Shown: positions 30,149-41,011, counted from the stretch's first letter. The stretch is 60,252 nucleotides of DNA from Spirulina sp. (GCA_044070495.1 JBIPSI010000032.1:1-60252); one strand, 5' to 3'. Made by a program: numbers and translations. Notes: a model not told the origin generated them from the sequence alone.

Positions 30149-33100
30149 ATGGTACAAAACTTGCAGTTTGATGCGGTCAACGACCGACTACCGCCCCAAA
30201 ATATTGAGGCCGAAGAGGCCATTCTGGGCGGCGTACTGCTCGACCCGGAGGCCATTGGTCGGGTGATGGAAATTCTCACCCCCGACGCCTTTTACATCGG
30301 TGCCCACAAGGAAATTTACCGTGCCGCCCTCGACCTCCATGCCAAGGGTCAGCCCACGGATTTGCTCACCATTACCGTGTGGCTGAAGGATCACGACAAG
30401 CTGGAGAAGGTGGGGGGCCAAGCCCGCATTGCCCAACTGATCGATCGCACCGTTAGCGCCGCCAACATCGACCAGTACGCCACCCTGGTGATGGACAAGT
30501 ACACCCGGCGAATGCTGATCCAAACCGGGGGCGAAATTGCCCAACTCGGCTACGACACCACCGTGCCGCTGGAAAAGGTGCTGGATCAGTCGGAGCAAAA
30601 GCTGTTTAGCATTACCCAGGTGCGTCCCCAGGTGGGCCTCACGGCAACCTCGGATATTTTGATCGACACCTTTGCCGAAATCGAACAGCGTTCCCTCGGC
30701 GTGGTGCTGCCCGGTGTGCCCTGCGGCTTCTACGATCTCGATGCCATGACCCAGGGCTTCCAGCGCTCCGACCTAATTATTACGGCGGCCCGTCCGTCCA
30801 TGGGCAAGTGTCTTAGTGCGGAGGCCCAAATTCTGCTGGCCGATGGCAGTCTCAAAACCATGGGCGAAATTTACCACGCCCAAACCGCCGATCTACTCAC
30901 CCTCGGCCCCAACTGGCGCTTTCACCTCACCCAGCCCAGCGCCTATGTGGATGATGGCCACAAGCCCGTCTTTCGGGTCAGCACCCGATCTGGTCGCACC
31001 CTAGAAACCACCCTCACCCATCCCTATCTGACCATTCAGGGCTGGCGACCGTTATCAGAATTGGCGGTAGGCCAAAAAATTGCCGTTCCCCGCATTCTGC
31101 CCGTCTTTGGGAGTGAAGAGCTACCGGAACATCAAATCAAACTCCTGGCCTACCTTATTGGTGATGGTTGCCTGACTGGCACTTCTCCCCAATTCACTAA
31201 CGAGAACCCAGCGATTCAGGCTGATTTCACCGCCGCCGCCCTTCTATTGCCAGGGGTAAAGGTGCGTCCAGAAACCTCCCAAGGCACCCGTACACCAACG
31301 TTTTACGTCACCTCGGATTGCAACGATGTGCAGCAAGCCCGCCAAACCTTTGGGCAGCACTTACGAAGTTTGATTCAACTCAGCGATAAACCAGCGAGTT
31401 GGTTTGCCCAAGAGCTAGGCATTAGCCCTAGCCTGGTAACTCAATGGCAGCAGGGAATTTGCGCTCCAAATCCGGCTAACTTTGAGCAACTCTGCCACCT
31501 CCTACAGGTTGAACCAGAGGAACTGGCCCCTGGCGGTCTTGCCACGGTTCGCTGGATGAGTCAAAACAACCTCACACTTTGGCTCCAAGAGGTCGGGCTT
31601 GGGGGCAAGTCAGCCCACCACAAAACCATTCCGGCATTCGTATTTCGGCTCACTCGACCCCACCTATCGCTATTTCTCAACCGTCTTTTTGCCACGGATG
31701 GCTGGGCCTCAGTACTGGCATCGGGTCAAGTTCAGCTAGGCTTTTCCAGCGTGAGTGAAACTCTGGTGCGTCAGATTCAGCATCTCTTGCTGCGCTTTGG
31801 CATTTTGGCCCAGGTGAAGACCCGCTCCATCAAATACAACGACGAACGGCGGCCTGCTTGGCAACTCGACATCACCGATGCCCCGTCCATCAAAACCTTT
31901 ATTCAAGACATTGGCATCTTTGGCAAAGAAGATGCCATCGAACGGGTGAAATCGGCCCTACAAAATCGTCGCTATCAAATCAACCAAGACCTCATTCCTA
32001 TGGAGGTTTGGGAGCTGTTGCGGAAAGCCAAAGGTGAGGAATCGTGGCAATCCCTAGCTCGTCGGGCTGGGTTAAAAGGCACCAGCAACATTCATGCTGG
32101 CAAACGTGCCCCCACCAGGGAACGCCTCTTTGCCCTAGCCACGGCCCTAGAGAACACCGAATTACAAAACCTGGCCACCAGTGATGTGTATTGGGATGAA
32201 ATTGTCGCCATTGAACCCTTGGGCCTCAAACAGGTTTACGACCTCACCATCCCAAAAACCCACAACTTTGTGGCCAACGATATTTGTGTGCATAACACTA
32301 GCTTCGTGCTCAACATTGCCCGCAACATTGCCGCGCTGCAAAAGCTGCCCGTAGCCATCTACAGCCTAGAAATGTCGAAGCTGCAACTGGTTTACCGATT
32401 GCTCTCCAGCGAAGTGGAAATGGAAAGCAGTCGCCTCCGTACCGGGCGCATTGCCCAAAACGAATGGGAAAAGCTGGGCCATGCCATCAGCGTGTTGTCC
32501 CAAATGCCCATTTTTATTGACGACACGCCGAACATTTCCGTCACCGAAATTCGCTCCCGCTGCCGTCGGCTCCAGGCCGAACAGGGCGGTGCCTTGGGCC
32601 TCGTGCTGATCGACTACCTGCAACTAATGGAAGGCGGCGGCGACAACCGGGTACAGGAACTTTCCAAAATGACCCGATCCCTCAAGGGTTTGGCCCGTGA
32701 GCTAAACGTTCCCATCATTGCCCTGTCGCAGCTCAGCCGGGGGGTCGAATCTCGCACCAACAAGCGCCCGATGATGAGCGACTTGAGGGAATGCGTCACC
32801 GGAGACACCTTAGTCGTCCTGGCTGATGGTCGTCGAGTCCCGATTCAAGACCTGGTGGGACACACCCCTGAAGTCATTAGCCTAGACAGCCACGGCAAGC
32901 TCATCCAGGCCCAAGCTGAAGTGGTTTGGGAAGTCGGCACTCGCCCGGTTTATATGCTAACCACAGCCAGCGGACGTAAAATTCGGGCCACCGCAGAGCA
33001 TCGGCTGTATACCTTCGATGGCTGGCAACGGCTGAAGGAACTCAAGTCGGGAAGCCGTATCGCCATCGCTCGGTATTTACCCGAACCTAAGCCTGCTGAA

Positions 33101-34234
33101 ACTTGGCCAGAGTTGAGGTTAGCGCTTCTGGGTCAACTGATTGGCGATGGCAGCTATCTAAAAGGGCAACCGCTTCGCTATACAACCGCGTCTGAAGAAA
33201 ACAGCCAGATTGTGCAGTTAGCGGCTGAGCAAGAATTTGGTTGTGAAGTAAAACGCTACAAAGGCAAAGGTCAATGGCACCAGCTCTTGATTTCTGGTAA
33301 CGGCAATCGCTGGCATCCTGCTGGGGTCAACCTTTGGTTACGACAGCTTGGAATCTTTAACCAATCTTCTCGCCAAAAGCGAATTCCTGCCGAGGTATTT
33401 CAGCTCTCTAATCAGCAAATCATCCTGCTGCTAAGACACCTGTGGGCGACGGATGGCTGTATTTCAGTGCGCCAGGGTAAAGGTAGCGATGCCATCTTTT
33501 TCTCGACCAGTAGCGAAGGCTTAGCCCACGATGTTGCTTCCCTGCTTCTGAGACTAGGTATTTGGGCCTCTGTAGGTTGGCAGCCTAGTCAGTGCTTTAC
33601 TGTTAGTGTGCAAGGCAGCGTTAATCAACTCAAATTTCTTAATCAAGTTGGTGCTTTTGGGCCTAGGGTAGAGCCTGCTGATGCCCTACGTCTAAAGCTT
33701 GAGAACATGGCGTCCAACCCTAATCGAGATACCTTACCGAGGGAAGTATTTGCTCAAGTCAAGGCTGATATGCGTCACCAAGGGATCAGTCAACGCCAAA
33801 TGGCTACTCTGCGAGGCACGTCCTATGGCGGATCAGCCCACTTCAAATTTGCTCCTTCTCGACAAACGCTACTGAGCTATGCCGAGATCTTAGGCAATGA
33901 AACATTGAAGGAAATCGCCAACTCAGATATTTTCTGGGATGAGGTAATTTCTATTGAACCCGCCGGGGAAGAATCGGTGTATGACTTGACGGTTCCAGGG
34001 CCAGCCTCTTGGTTAGCAGATGGCATCGTTTCCCATAATTCTGGAGCCATCGAGCAAGACGCCGACTTGATTATGATGCTCTACCGCGAGGAATACTACG
34101 ATCCTGACACGCCGGATCGCGGCATTGCCGAGGTGATTATTACCAAGCACCGCAATGGCCCCACGGGCACCGTCAAGCTCTTGTTTGAGCCGCAATTTAC
34201 CCGGTTCCGCAACCTGGCCAGTCCGGGGATGTAG
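30149..34234 (+). CDS. dnaB: Replicative DNA helicase precursor with two inteins
   Basis: '[14 protein letters not shown]', AARPSMGK|T, 'SLEMS', 'LIDYLQL', 'LSQLSRGVE', [13 protein letters not shown], 'KHRNGPTG'. Confidence 0.97.
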   Translation: MVQNLQFDAVNDRLPPQNIEAEEAILGGVLLDPEAIGRVMEILTPDAFYIGAHKEIYRAALDLHAKGQPTDLLTITVWLKDHDKLEKVGGQARIAQLIDRTVSAANIDQYATLVMDKYTRRMLIQTGGEIAQLGYDTTVPLEKVLDQSEQKLFSITQVRPQVGLTATSDILIDTFAEIEQRSLGVVLPGVPCGFYDLDAMTQGFQRSDLIITAARPSMGKCLSAEAQILLADGSLKTMGEIYHAQTADLLTLGPNWRFHLTQPSAYVDDGHKPVFRVSTRSGRTLETTLTHPYLTIQGWRPLSELAVGQKIAVPRILPVFGSEELPEHQIKLLAYLIGDGCLTGTSPQFTNENPAIQADFTAAALLLPGVKVRPETSQGTRTPTFYVTSDCNDVQQARQTFGQHLRSLIQLSDKPASWFAQELGISPSLVTQWQQGICAPNPANFEQLCHLLQVEPEELAPGGLATVRWMSQNNLTLWLQEVGLGGKSAHHKTIPAFVFRLTRPHLSLFLNRLFATDGWASVLASGQVQLGFSSVSETLVRQIQHLLLRFGILAQVKTRSIKYNDERRPAWQLDITDAPSIKTFIQDIGIFGKEDAIERVKSALQNRRYQINQDLIPMEVWELLRKAKGEESWQSLARRAGLKGTSNIHAGKRAPTRERLFALATALENTELQNLATSDVYWDEIVAIEPLGLKQVYDLTIPKTHNFVANDICVHNTSFVLNIARNIAALQKLPVAIYSLEMSKLQLVYRLLSSEVEMESSRLRTGRIAQNEWEKLGHAISVLSQMPIFIDDTPNISVTEIRSRCRRLQAEQGGALGLVLIDYLQLMEGGGDNRVQELSKMTRSLKGLARELNVPIIALSQLSRGVESRTNKRPMMSDLRECVTGDTLVVLADGRRVPIQDLVGHTPEVISLDSHGKLIQAQAEVVWEVGTRPVYMLTTASGRKIRATAEHRLYTFDGWQRLKELKSGSRIAIARYLPEPKPAETWPELRLALLGQLIGDGSYLKGQPLRYTTASEENSQIVQLAAEQEFGCEVKRYKGKGQWHQLLISGNGNRWHPAGVNLWLRQLGIFNQSSRQKRIPAEVFQLSNQQIILLLRHLWATDGCISVRQGKGSDAIFFSTSSEGLAHDVASLLLRLGIWASVGWQPSQCFTVSVQGSVNQLKFLNQVGAFGPRVEPADALRLKLENMASNPNRDTLPREVFAQVKADMRHQGISQRQMATLRGTSYGGSAHFKFAPSRQTLLSYAEILGNETLKEIANSDIFWDEVISIEPAGEESVYDLTVPGPASWLADGIVSHNSGAIEQDADLIMMLYREEYYDPDTPDRGIAEVIITKHRNGPTGTVKLLFEPQFTRFRNLASPGM
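30809..32296 (+). mobile_element. DnaB intein 1 (496 aa, Walker A site) with LAGLIDADG endonuclease
   Basis: GK|CLSAE..ICVHN|T; block B 'TLTHPY'; 'LLAYLIGDG' and 'LFATDG'. Confidence 0.93.
32792..34039 (+). mobile_element. DnaB intein 2 (416 aa) with LAGLIDADG endonuclease
   Basis: [20 protein letters not shown]; 'ATAEHRL'; 'LLGQLIGDG' and 'LWATDG'. Confidence 0.93.
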
Positions 34235-34306
34235 GGCGACGGCATTCTCTAACCACATTTCCCACTGCTTACAATAGCGATAGTCCCCTCACTCACTGAA
34301 GCCGTC

Positions 34307-34774
34307 ATGCCGTTTTCCACAACCACCGCTACGGTTTCCACACTTTATGACACCGACTTTTACCTGTGGATTCAGCACACCGTTGAAGCCCTGAAGCAGC
34401 AGGATTTTGATCGGGTGGATTGGGACAATCTCGTTGAAGAAGTGGAGAGCATGGGCCGCAGTGAAAAACGGGAACTAAAAAGCCGCCTGCTGGTCATTCT
34501 CGAACACCTGCTGAAGCTGATGTTTTGGGAGAGCGAAAAGCCGCAAAACACCAGGGGTTGGCGCAATACGGTGATCGAACAGCGCAATCAAGTGGATCTC
34601 ATTTTGGAGGATAGCCCCAGTCTTAAGCCCTGGTTAGCGGAGAGTTTTGTTGAATCCTACGCCAAGGCCAGACAACAAACCCTCCAGAAATATGGACTGC
34701 CTGGGGATTTGTTTCCGACCCAGTCGCCCTTCTCTCTGGAGGATGTGCTTAACGCCGATTGGTTGCCAGAGTAA
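34307..34774 (+). CDS. DUF29-family protein
   Basis: 'LYDTDFYLW', 'DWDNLVEEVESMGRSE', 'HLLKL', 'DSPSLK'. Confidence 0.9.
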   Translation: MPFSTTTATVSTLYDTDFYLWIQHTVEALKQQDFDRVDWDNLVEEVESMGRSEKRELKSRLLVILEHLLKLMFWESEKPQNTRGWRNTVIEQRNQVDLILEDSPSLKPWLAESFVESYAKARQQTLQKYGLPGDLFPTQSPFSLEDVLNADWLPE

Positions 34775-34788
34775 ACCCAAGGCAGCGA

Positions 34789-35577
34789 TTAATTCGATGC
34801 ACCCTTAGGTTGCTGAAATCCTTTCATCATGGTGGCGAGGGCTTTGTCAGATTGCAGACGAGTGGCGAAGACTAGCAGGTTATTCACCAGCCCGTGGACT
34901 GCCGTGCGTTCGCCCTTTTCCATGGCTTGATAGCCAAAGGTGGCGACTTCAGCGGAGGTGGGCAGTTTGCCGCTGAAGAATTCCAGTTGTCCCATGCCCG
35001 CCACATCCTGAAATTCGGATTCTGTGGGGCCAGGACAAAGGGTGGTAGCCGTTACGCCCGTGCCCTCTAGTTCGCTGGCGATGGCTTCGGTGAAGGACTG
35101 CACAAAGGCTTTGGAGGCGTAATAACACGCCATGTATGGCCCCGGTAAAAAGGCGGCAGTGGAGGCCACGTTCAAAATGCGGCCCTGACCTTGGGCGATC
35201 ATTCCAGGCATAAACAGGTGAGTGAGATGGGTCAGCGCCACAATGTTGAGATGGAGCATGGCGTTTTGCTGTTCCCAATCGGTTTTGGCAAAGGGTTCCA
35301 GCAGGCCAAACCCAGCATTATTCACCAAGGCGTAGAGGGGTTGGCCGAGGGTTTGCGTCCAGTCAAATAGCGTTTGACGAGCCTGAGCGTCGGTCAAATT
35401 TGCCGCATAGGGCCACACTGTCACGTCATAGGTTTGTTCAATCTCTTGTTTGAGGGCAGTCAAACGATCTTCGCGGCGGGCCACCACAATGAGATCGTGC
35501 CCCTTGGCGGCGCACACCTTTGCCATTTCGTAACCAATACCGCTGGAGGCACCCGTAATCAGAACAAGCCTTGCCAT
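34789..35577 (-). CDS. Short-chain dehydrogenase/reductase
   Basis: TGASSGIG, NNAG, YYASK catalytic motif. Confidence 0.92.
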   Translation of the reverse strand: MARLVLITGASSGIGYEMAKVCAAKGHDLIVVARREDRLTALKQEIEQTYDVTVWPYAANLTDAQARQTLFDWTQTLGQPLYALVNNAGFGLLEPFAKTDWEQQNAMLHLNIVALTHLTHLFMPGMIAQGQGRILNVASTAAFLPGPYMACYYASKAFVQSFTEAIASELEGTGVTATTLCPGPTESEFQDVAGMGQLEFFSGKLPTSAEVATFGYQAMEKGERTAVHGLVNNLLVFATRLQSDKALATMMKGFQQPKGASN

Positions 35578-35664
35578 AGGAATGAGAAACCGAGGTCAGA
35601 ACGTCTTTATCCTAACGAAGGTCGGAAATCTAGGAAACGCAAAAACCCTGCCACGGAGACAGGG

Positions 35665-35809
35665 TTTTCAACAATATTGCCAAGTTTTCAACAGCACGGG
35701 CTGGTTTTCCACAGGGGAATATTTTTTCCCCAGACCCCTAGTTTTTCAACGGTTTGGCCTGTTTTCCACAGGGGGCTGTACTTTTCAACAGGATCAGATG
35801 TTTTCCACA
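35665..35809 (+). promoter_or_regulatory. Array of eight co-oriented DnaA-box-like 9-mers downstream of dnaN
   Basis: TTTTC(C/A)(A/C)C(A/G) at 35665, 35685, 35705, 35724, 35743, 35762, 35782, 35801. Confidence 0.85.
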
Positions 35810-35810
35810 G

Positions 35811-36941
35811 CTAGCTACGGATTTGCACAGGCATCACCAGATAGGTGATTTTGGCTTCCCCTAGGGGGCTAAGCACGGCGGGGCTGGTGGCAGCATTGCA
35901 CTGCATCTGCACTTGGTTGCCATCAAAGGCCTTGAGTCCGTCCAGCAGGTAGCGCACATTAAAGGCAATATCGAGGTCGTCGCCGCTAATTTGGGCGGGC
36001 AGTTCTTCTCGACCACTGCCTACTTCCTGGGCTTCCACCGACAGGGCAATAACCTGCTGAGCGCTATTCAGAGACATTTTGATAATGTCGTTTTTCTGGC
36101 TGGCCAAAACGGCAATGCGCTCTAGGCTTTTCATCAACCCTTGGCGGTCGAGGGTAATTTGGCGGGCAAATTGCTTCGGCAGCAGTTGGCGATAGTTGGG
36201 ATATTGCCCCTCCAACAACCGCGTGGTGAGCTTTTGATTGCCCAGGTCAAACATCACTTGGGTTTCGTCCAAGCGCACCTGCACGGGTTCGCTGGAAGTG
36301 TGGGACTGAATCATTCGCTCCAGTTCCCGCAGCGCCTTGGCCGGAACCGTCACATCCATTTCGGGGGTGGGGGTGCCCGTTTCGTCTACGGTTTGCACTA
36401 CGGCCAAGCGGTGGCCATCGGTGGCGGCAAACTCCAGGGTGTCGGCATCGGAAAGCAAATGCACCCCGGTCAGCACCTGCTTGGTTTCGTCGCCGCTGGT
36501 GGCAAAGAGGGATCCTTTCAATCCGTCGAGCAGGGCTTCGGCAGAGAGGGCGATGGCGTCCCCATCCTCCACGGTGGGCAGAGAAGGATAATCCTCAGCC
36601 CCCAGACCGCGCACCTCGTAATGGCCGGAGGAACTGGTAATCGTTACCGTGGTGCCCTCGTCATTCAGTTCCGTCACCACATCTTCGTTGGCCAGACGAG
36701 ACACAATATCGCCCCACAGCTTGGCAGGTAGCGTCAGCATTCCAGAGGCTTCTACCTGGGCCGCAAAGCAGCTTTCAATGCCTAGCACCTCATCAAAGCC
36801 CACTAGGGTCACGGTTTGCTGGGCAGCATCGGCCTTCACCCAAATATTGCCCAACACAGGCCGACTGGGGCGCGAGGGCACGGCCCGACTCACCGACGAC
36901 AGTTGCTGATTCAGCTCGCTTTGGGAACAGACAAACTTCAT
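35811..36941 (-). CDS. dnaN: DNA polymerase III beta sliding clamp
   Basis: 'AATDGHRL', 'RLLEGQYPNY', 'IAFNVRYLLD', 'YLVMPVQIR'. Confidence 0.97.
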   Translation of the reverse strand: MKFVCSQSELNQQLSSVSRAVPSRPSRPVLGNIWVKADAAQQTVTLVGFDEVLGIESCFAAQVEASGMLTLPAKLWGDIVSRLANEDVVTELNDEGTTVTITSSSGHYEVRGLGAEDYPSLPTVEDGDAIALSAEALLDGLKGSLFATSGDETKQVLTGVHLLSDADTLEFAATDGHRLAVVQTVDETGTPTPEMDVTVPAKALRELERMIQSHTSSEPVQVRLDETQVMFDLGNQKLTTRLLEGQYPNYRQLLPKQFARQITLDRQGLMKSLERIAVLASQKNDIIKMSLNSAQQVIALSVEAQEVGSGREELPAQISGDDLDIAFNVRYLLDGLKAFDGNQVQMQCNAATSPAVLSPLGEAKITYLVMPVQIRS

Positions 36942-37489
36942 AGTGGCTTCACGAAGGTCAGATTACAGGGGGCAAGGCATGGAGGTCTTCCAGGCCATCG
37001 CGGCAAAAACGAGTTTCCACGGTTGTGGAAGTCCCTTAGTTTTAGCAGTATCTCACTTTTCTTGATCGCTGGAAGGAGCCCCTTCGAGGCAGACTCATCT
37101 AGGGTAGATCAGGTGAGCTAAGACCTAATCCGTCAAAGAATGGGGTCAGCCATTGACAAGAGATGGCTATTTCAAGGGAGAAAACCAACGAAGAGAATGG
37201 TGAAAAGGCCGTTCAGGGGCAAAGATCATCACAGAATTGAACACGCAAAAAACAATTACCTAGACTCTCTTTGTAAAAAAGCAAGAGAGCCAGGTCAAAA
37301 CATGACTTTTTAATCTAGAGTCAGCCTGTTAAGACTGGGCTATCCCTAAATAGATAAGAAACCTAAGAACCCTAGGTATAGCTGGGATTCCTGACTCTAC
37401 ACCTAGGAATGTATCGAGATGAGATTTGTTTAGCTCACACAATCTAACACTGTTTTTGTTGTTCATCAACTGGCTATTTTTTGGGATTT

Positions 37490-38440
37490 TGAAACAGCCT
37501 TTAAAAGAAATAATTTAAAAGATAGTAGTAGTAATAGGGGCTGTGGAAACTGAGGAAAACTCTGGGATCGCTTGCTGTACATAGCTTTGAAATTTCAAGA
37601 CCTTGGGGAAAACGTCGTAAGAAGTGGGAGGGTTTTCAACAGGCTTAAGGAAGGTATTTAATAATCCACATTTTTATCGTAGTTCTCCACGGGTTTTCCA
37701 CGACTTTTCCCCAGAAAAAAGCCTCTTTTCCACAGCCATTTTTTGAGAAATTTAATGATCTTTGACGATTATTTTTTGATCTTTGATGGCGTTATAAAAT
37801 TGACTGAAAAAGGTATTTGCCTACGCTGCCGACTAAAGCCATTTATTTTTGCAGCGGGAACGCTTCTGACAAGGATGAATGCCCATCAATGGGTTCAAAA
37901 TATTGTTGCTTGATAGCCCTTAAACCCATGTTCTGTCGATGTGACGATCTGTCTTTGGATATCTGAAGGCCGAGGCTTAAACGGGGCACTAATTCCTGGT
38001 AATCCTTGGCTCACAAGGGTTTTGGGTGCTGGTATCCATAGCGCATCAGCGTTGATCGCTGTGAAATGGTAAGGAATTTTGATGCGGAGATTGCTCTACT
38101 CGTTGGGCTGAATTTTTTACGGTACGAGTAAAAATCATTGCCAAGTTGTTTGATAACGTCTGTTGATCAACAGAATGAAAGAACGACATAAAAAATGCCT
38201 GCATTTTTCCATGCAGGCATTTTTTATGTCCGGATTGGCCCAAGCAATTACAAATTGACCGCGAAACGGCCAGGGTAGATGTCTTTGTGGTGGTGAGGAT
38301 GCCTACCCTGTTGTGATTTTTTGATCTTTCTGGTCTAGGCTACGGGCGTTTTTCTCGCAATGTGCAGTAGATCAATGATGATCTGTGGTGTGGAATCTGT
38401 GGATAACTGCCTAAAACCTGTGGATAACGCCTGTGAAAAA
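37490..38440. other. Probable chromosomal replication origin (oriC)
   Basis: AT-rich tract, DnaA-trios TAG-TAG-TAG-TAA-TAG (37523-37537), GC clamp, boxes TGTGGAAAC/TGAGGAAAA (37542-37559), a box cluster at about 37600-37735, and perfect TGTGGATAA at 38398 and 38419; upstream of dnaN. Confidence 0.8.
38185..38230. terminator. Perfect 20-bp hairpin, bidirectional terminator-like
   Basis: gacataaaaaatgcctgcat-ttttcc-atgcaggcattttttatgtc. Confidence 0.7.
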
Positions 38441-38619
38441 CGTTTTGGCTAAACGTCCTGAGTAAGAATGCTGGCTGACGAACACAATATGCCAGAATCT
38501 AGATCCGTTAAAGGGTCAGGAAACCTGACCCCTACATTTTTAGGGCGAGGGATTTAGGGTGTAGCTTGCTTCCCGCAGGGTGAGCCATAAAACGGAGCTA
38601 CATCCCGTTTGACTACGGC

Positions 38620-39105
38620 CTAAGTGGAGGATTTGAGGACTAAAACGGTGCAGGGAGCGCGATGCATGACATAGTTGCTGACGCTGCCCATCATCATTTC
38701 TGTGAGGCCACTGCGGCCATGGCTGCCCATCATAATTAGGTCGGCGTCCCACTGTTGGGCCACGGTGCAAATTACTTTTCCTGGACGGCCCAACAGTTGA
38801 CGAAATTCGGTTCGCACACCTGCTGCATTAGCCTCCCCGGCAAGCTGCTGAAGCTGCTCTAAACTGCGAGCTTCATAGTGCCGCCATTCAGCCTGCCAGG
38901 TTTCTAGGTTAATCTCGGTGCCCGGTGCCCAATAGATGGAATCGAGGCGATGGCCGAGGGGAATGGGGCTGCTTTCGTCTTCCCCAGACAGGCTATGGAC
39001 GAGCAGCATGGTGGATTGCATGGCCTTGGCGAGGTCTAGGGCCTGCTCGAAAACCGTATTGCTAATGGCACTGTTATCAATGGCGACGAGAATTTTTTGG
39101 TACAT
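38620..39105 (-). CDS. Universal stress protein
   Basis: 'YQKILVAID', 'ADLIMMGSHGRSG..GSVSNYVMH'. Confidence 0.92.
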   Translation of the reverse strand: MYQKILVAIDNSAISNTVFEQALDLAKAMQSTMLLVHSLSGEDESSPIPLGHRLDSIYWAPGTEINLETWQAEWRHYEARSLEQLQQLAGEANAAGVRTEFRQLLGRPGKVICTVAQQWDADLIMMGSHGRSGLTEMMMGSVSNYVMHRAPCTVLVLKSST

Positions 39106-39182
39106 AAACTCAGCCCTCAAAGCGATGGGTCAACATAGTGGGTCGGTTGAGGGCAATGAGTCGCCAAGGCGCTGGGATGCGT

Positions 39183-39308
39183 TTACCCGTGATGGGTGGC
39201 GTGATCATGGCGGATTACTAGCCAGTAGGCCAGCACCACAACCCCTAAGGCTCCCAATTTGGTGACGAGATAGAGGGTGTCTTGGTAGGTGAAGATGAAG
39301 GACAGCAT
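39183..39308 (-). CDS. Putative 41-aa single-TM small protein with His-rich tail
   Basis: MLSFIFTYQDTLYLVTKLGALGVVVLAYWLVIRHDHATHHG, SD ggagg upstream; below the ORF-track cutoff. Confidence 0.55.
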   Translation of the reverse strand: MLSFIFTYQDTLYLVTKLGALGVVVLAYWLVIRHDHATHHG

Positions 39309-39505
39309 GGGAATACCCTCCGGGGACGATGAACCGTGAAGCGCCGTTGGACTGGAATCGCCCTTACCTCTATTGTCTGAGGGATTTCTCGGATTTTGGA
39401 GATTTGCAATGAAGCGTTAACGGCCCTTACAAAGGATTACAGTCCCTAGTGAGGCGTGGGCGAGGAGACCTCGCCCCTACCGTGGGATGGGGTGAGATGG
39501 CAGAC

Positions 39506-41011
39506 CTATGCCGTGGCGAAGGGTTTGCTGTCTTCGTGGCAGAGTTCGTACACCAGGTTGCGCCCAGACATAGCGGCAATGGGGATGCTGCCGCCGGGTT
39601 CTGTCCAGTGGCCGATCATGGCAAAGTTTTTTAGCCCCGGCAGGCGCTTGGGGATGCCCTGCACCATCATCGGCAGGGTGTCTTTGGTCAACAGCCAGCC
39701 ACAGCTCGACCCCTGCCAGTTGCGGGTGGTGCGTTCGTGGCTGAGGGGGGTGCGTACCTGCATTACCTCAATGTCGCTGCTCAGGCCGGGGTAGCGCTGG
39801 TTCAGCCATTCTAGGACGGTTTGCACCTCTGGCAGTTCGTTTTCTGGGGGATGACCATTGCCGTAGGCGGTTTGCCAGTGGCGGTAGGGGGTGGTCATCA
39901 GGGCCATGAGGACGGATTTGCCCGGAGGCGCTAGGGACGGGTCGATGTTGTAGTGCTTGAGGCCGATCTCGAACTGCGGTGCTCCGGCGATGGTGAGGGG
40001 TTCTTCTAGCAGGTAGGTGCTCCAGTGCGGGTCGGCGGAGAGGTCGCGGTTCACGCCGAGGCACACCTGAAACTGAGAATACATCGGCAGATCGCTACCG
40101 TAGATGCGTTCTAGCCGTCGATGCAGGTACTCCCCTTGCAGCAGATTAAAGAGGGTGTGGCGGCCATCGCAGGCGGAAATGACGCGTCCAGCTCGGTATT
40201 CGCGCTGATCGGCAAGACGCACCCCGACGGCCTCGTCGCCCTCCAATAAAATTTGTTCCACAGGGGTGGAATAATAAATTTCTCCACCCAGGGACAGGTA
40301 GCGCTGCTCGATGGCCTTCACAAAGGCGAGGGAACCGCCCTGGGGAAAGCCCGCGTTGCCGTTGTCGAGGTAGGCCAACAGCGACATGCCCACCATCACC
40401 GGCACCTCTGGCCAGGAAAACATATGGGGAACGGCCCGCTGCAAAAACGGATCTTTAAACTTGGTGCCCAAATCTTGCAGGGACAGGCTCCCCCACTTGC
40501 CGAGGGAATTCACAAAGGGCAACACCTGCCGCCCAATTCTGGCCCAGTCGGCCCCGGTCATCAGCGATTTGGGCTTTTGTTGCAGAATCGACAAATCGAA
40601 AGCCTTGAAGTTACGCACCCCTTTGCAAAACTGATCGATCAGCTTGGCATCCTGGGGCGCGAGGGCTTTCATGTGCTCGGCCAGAACTTCCGTGTCGCTG
40701 TGGACGGTGAGCACTTCCCCATTGGGGCCGTATAGCTGAGCCAGATAATCCTCATGCAGAAAGGGCACCTGGGGAATCACGCCCAATTCTTCCCAGGTGG
40801 TGTAGAACGGCTGCCCTGGCCCATTGCCAAAGATGTAGTGCAGGCCGCCCTCCAGACAATAGCCCTGCTGCCAATCGGCCCAACAGGAACCCCCTGGCCC
40901 CGCCTGGGCTTCGATGATGCGGCTGCGGTAGCCATTCATTTGGGCATAGCAGCCCGCCGCCAGCCCCGCCACCCCGGCACCAATAATCACAATATCGGTC
41001 GTATCCGCCAT
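39506..41011 (-). CDS. FAD-dependent oxidoreductase, phytoene desaturase-like family
   Basis: GAGVAG dinucleotide fold, 'PQGGS', 'TPLSHER', 'GHWTEPGGSIP'. Confidence 0.85.
   Translation of the reverse strand: MADTTDIVIIGAGVAGLAAGCYAQMNGYRSRIIEAQAGPGGSCWADWQQGYCLEGGLHYIFGNGPGQPFYTTWEELGVIPQVPFLHEDYLAQLYGPNGEVLTVHSDTEVLAEHMKALAPQDAKLIDQFCKGVRNFKAFDLSILQQKPKSLMTGADWARIGRQVLPFVNSLGKWGSLSLQDLGTKFKDPFLQRAVPHMFSWPEVPVMVGMSLLAYLDNGNAGFPQGGSLAFVKAIEQRYLSLGGEIYYSTPVEQILLEGDEAVGVRLADQREYRAGRVISACDGRHTLFNLLQGEYLHRRLERIYGSDLPMYSQFQVCLGVNRDLSADPHWSTYLLEEPLTIAGAPQFEIGLKHYNIDPSLAPPGKSVLMALMTTPYRHWQTAYGNGHPPENELPEVQTVLEWLNQRYPGLSSDIEVMQVRTPLSHERTTRNWQGSSCGWLLTKDTLPMMVQGIPKRLPGLKNFAMIGHWTEPGGSIPIAAMSGRNLVYELCHEDSKPFATA

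Noticed and set aside
35665..35809. Mini-CRISPR or simple tandem repeat
   Set aside because: The conserved unit is a 9-mer matching DnaA boxes next to dnaN; spacers are only 10-11 nt.
35374..35848. ORFs rich in FST/FQQ/FHR
   Set aside because: They are translations of the DnaA-box array.
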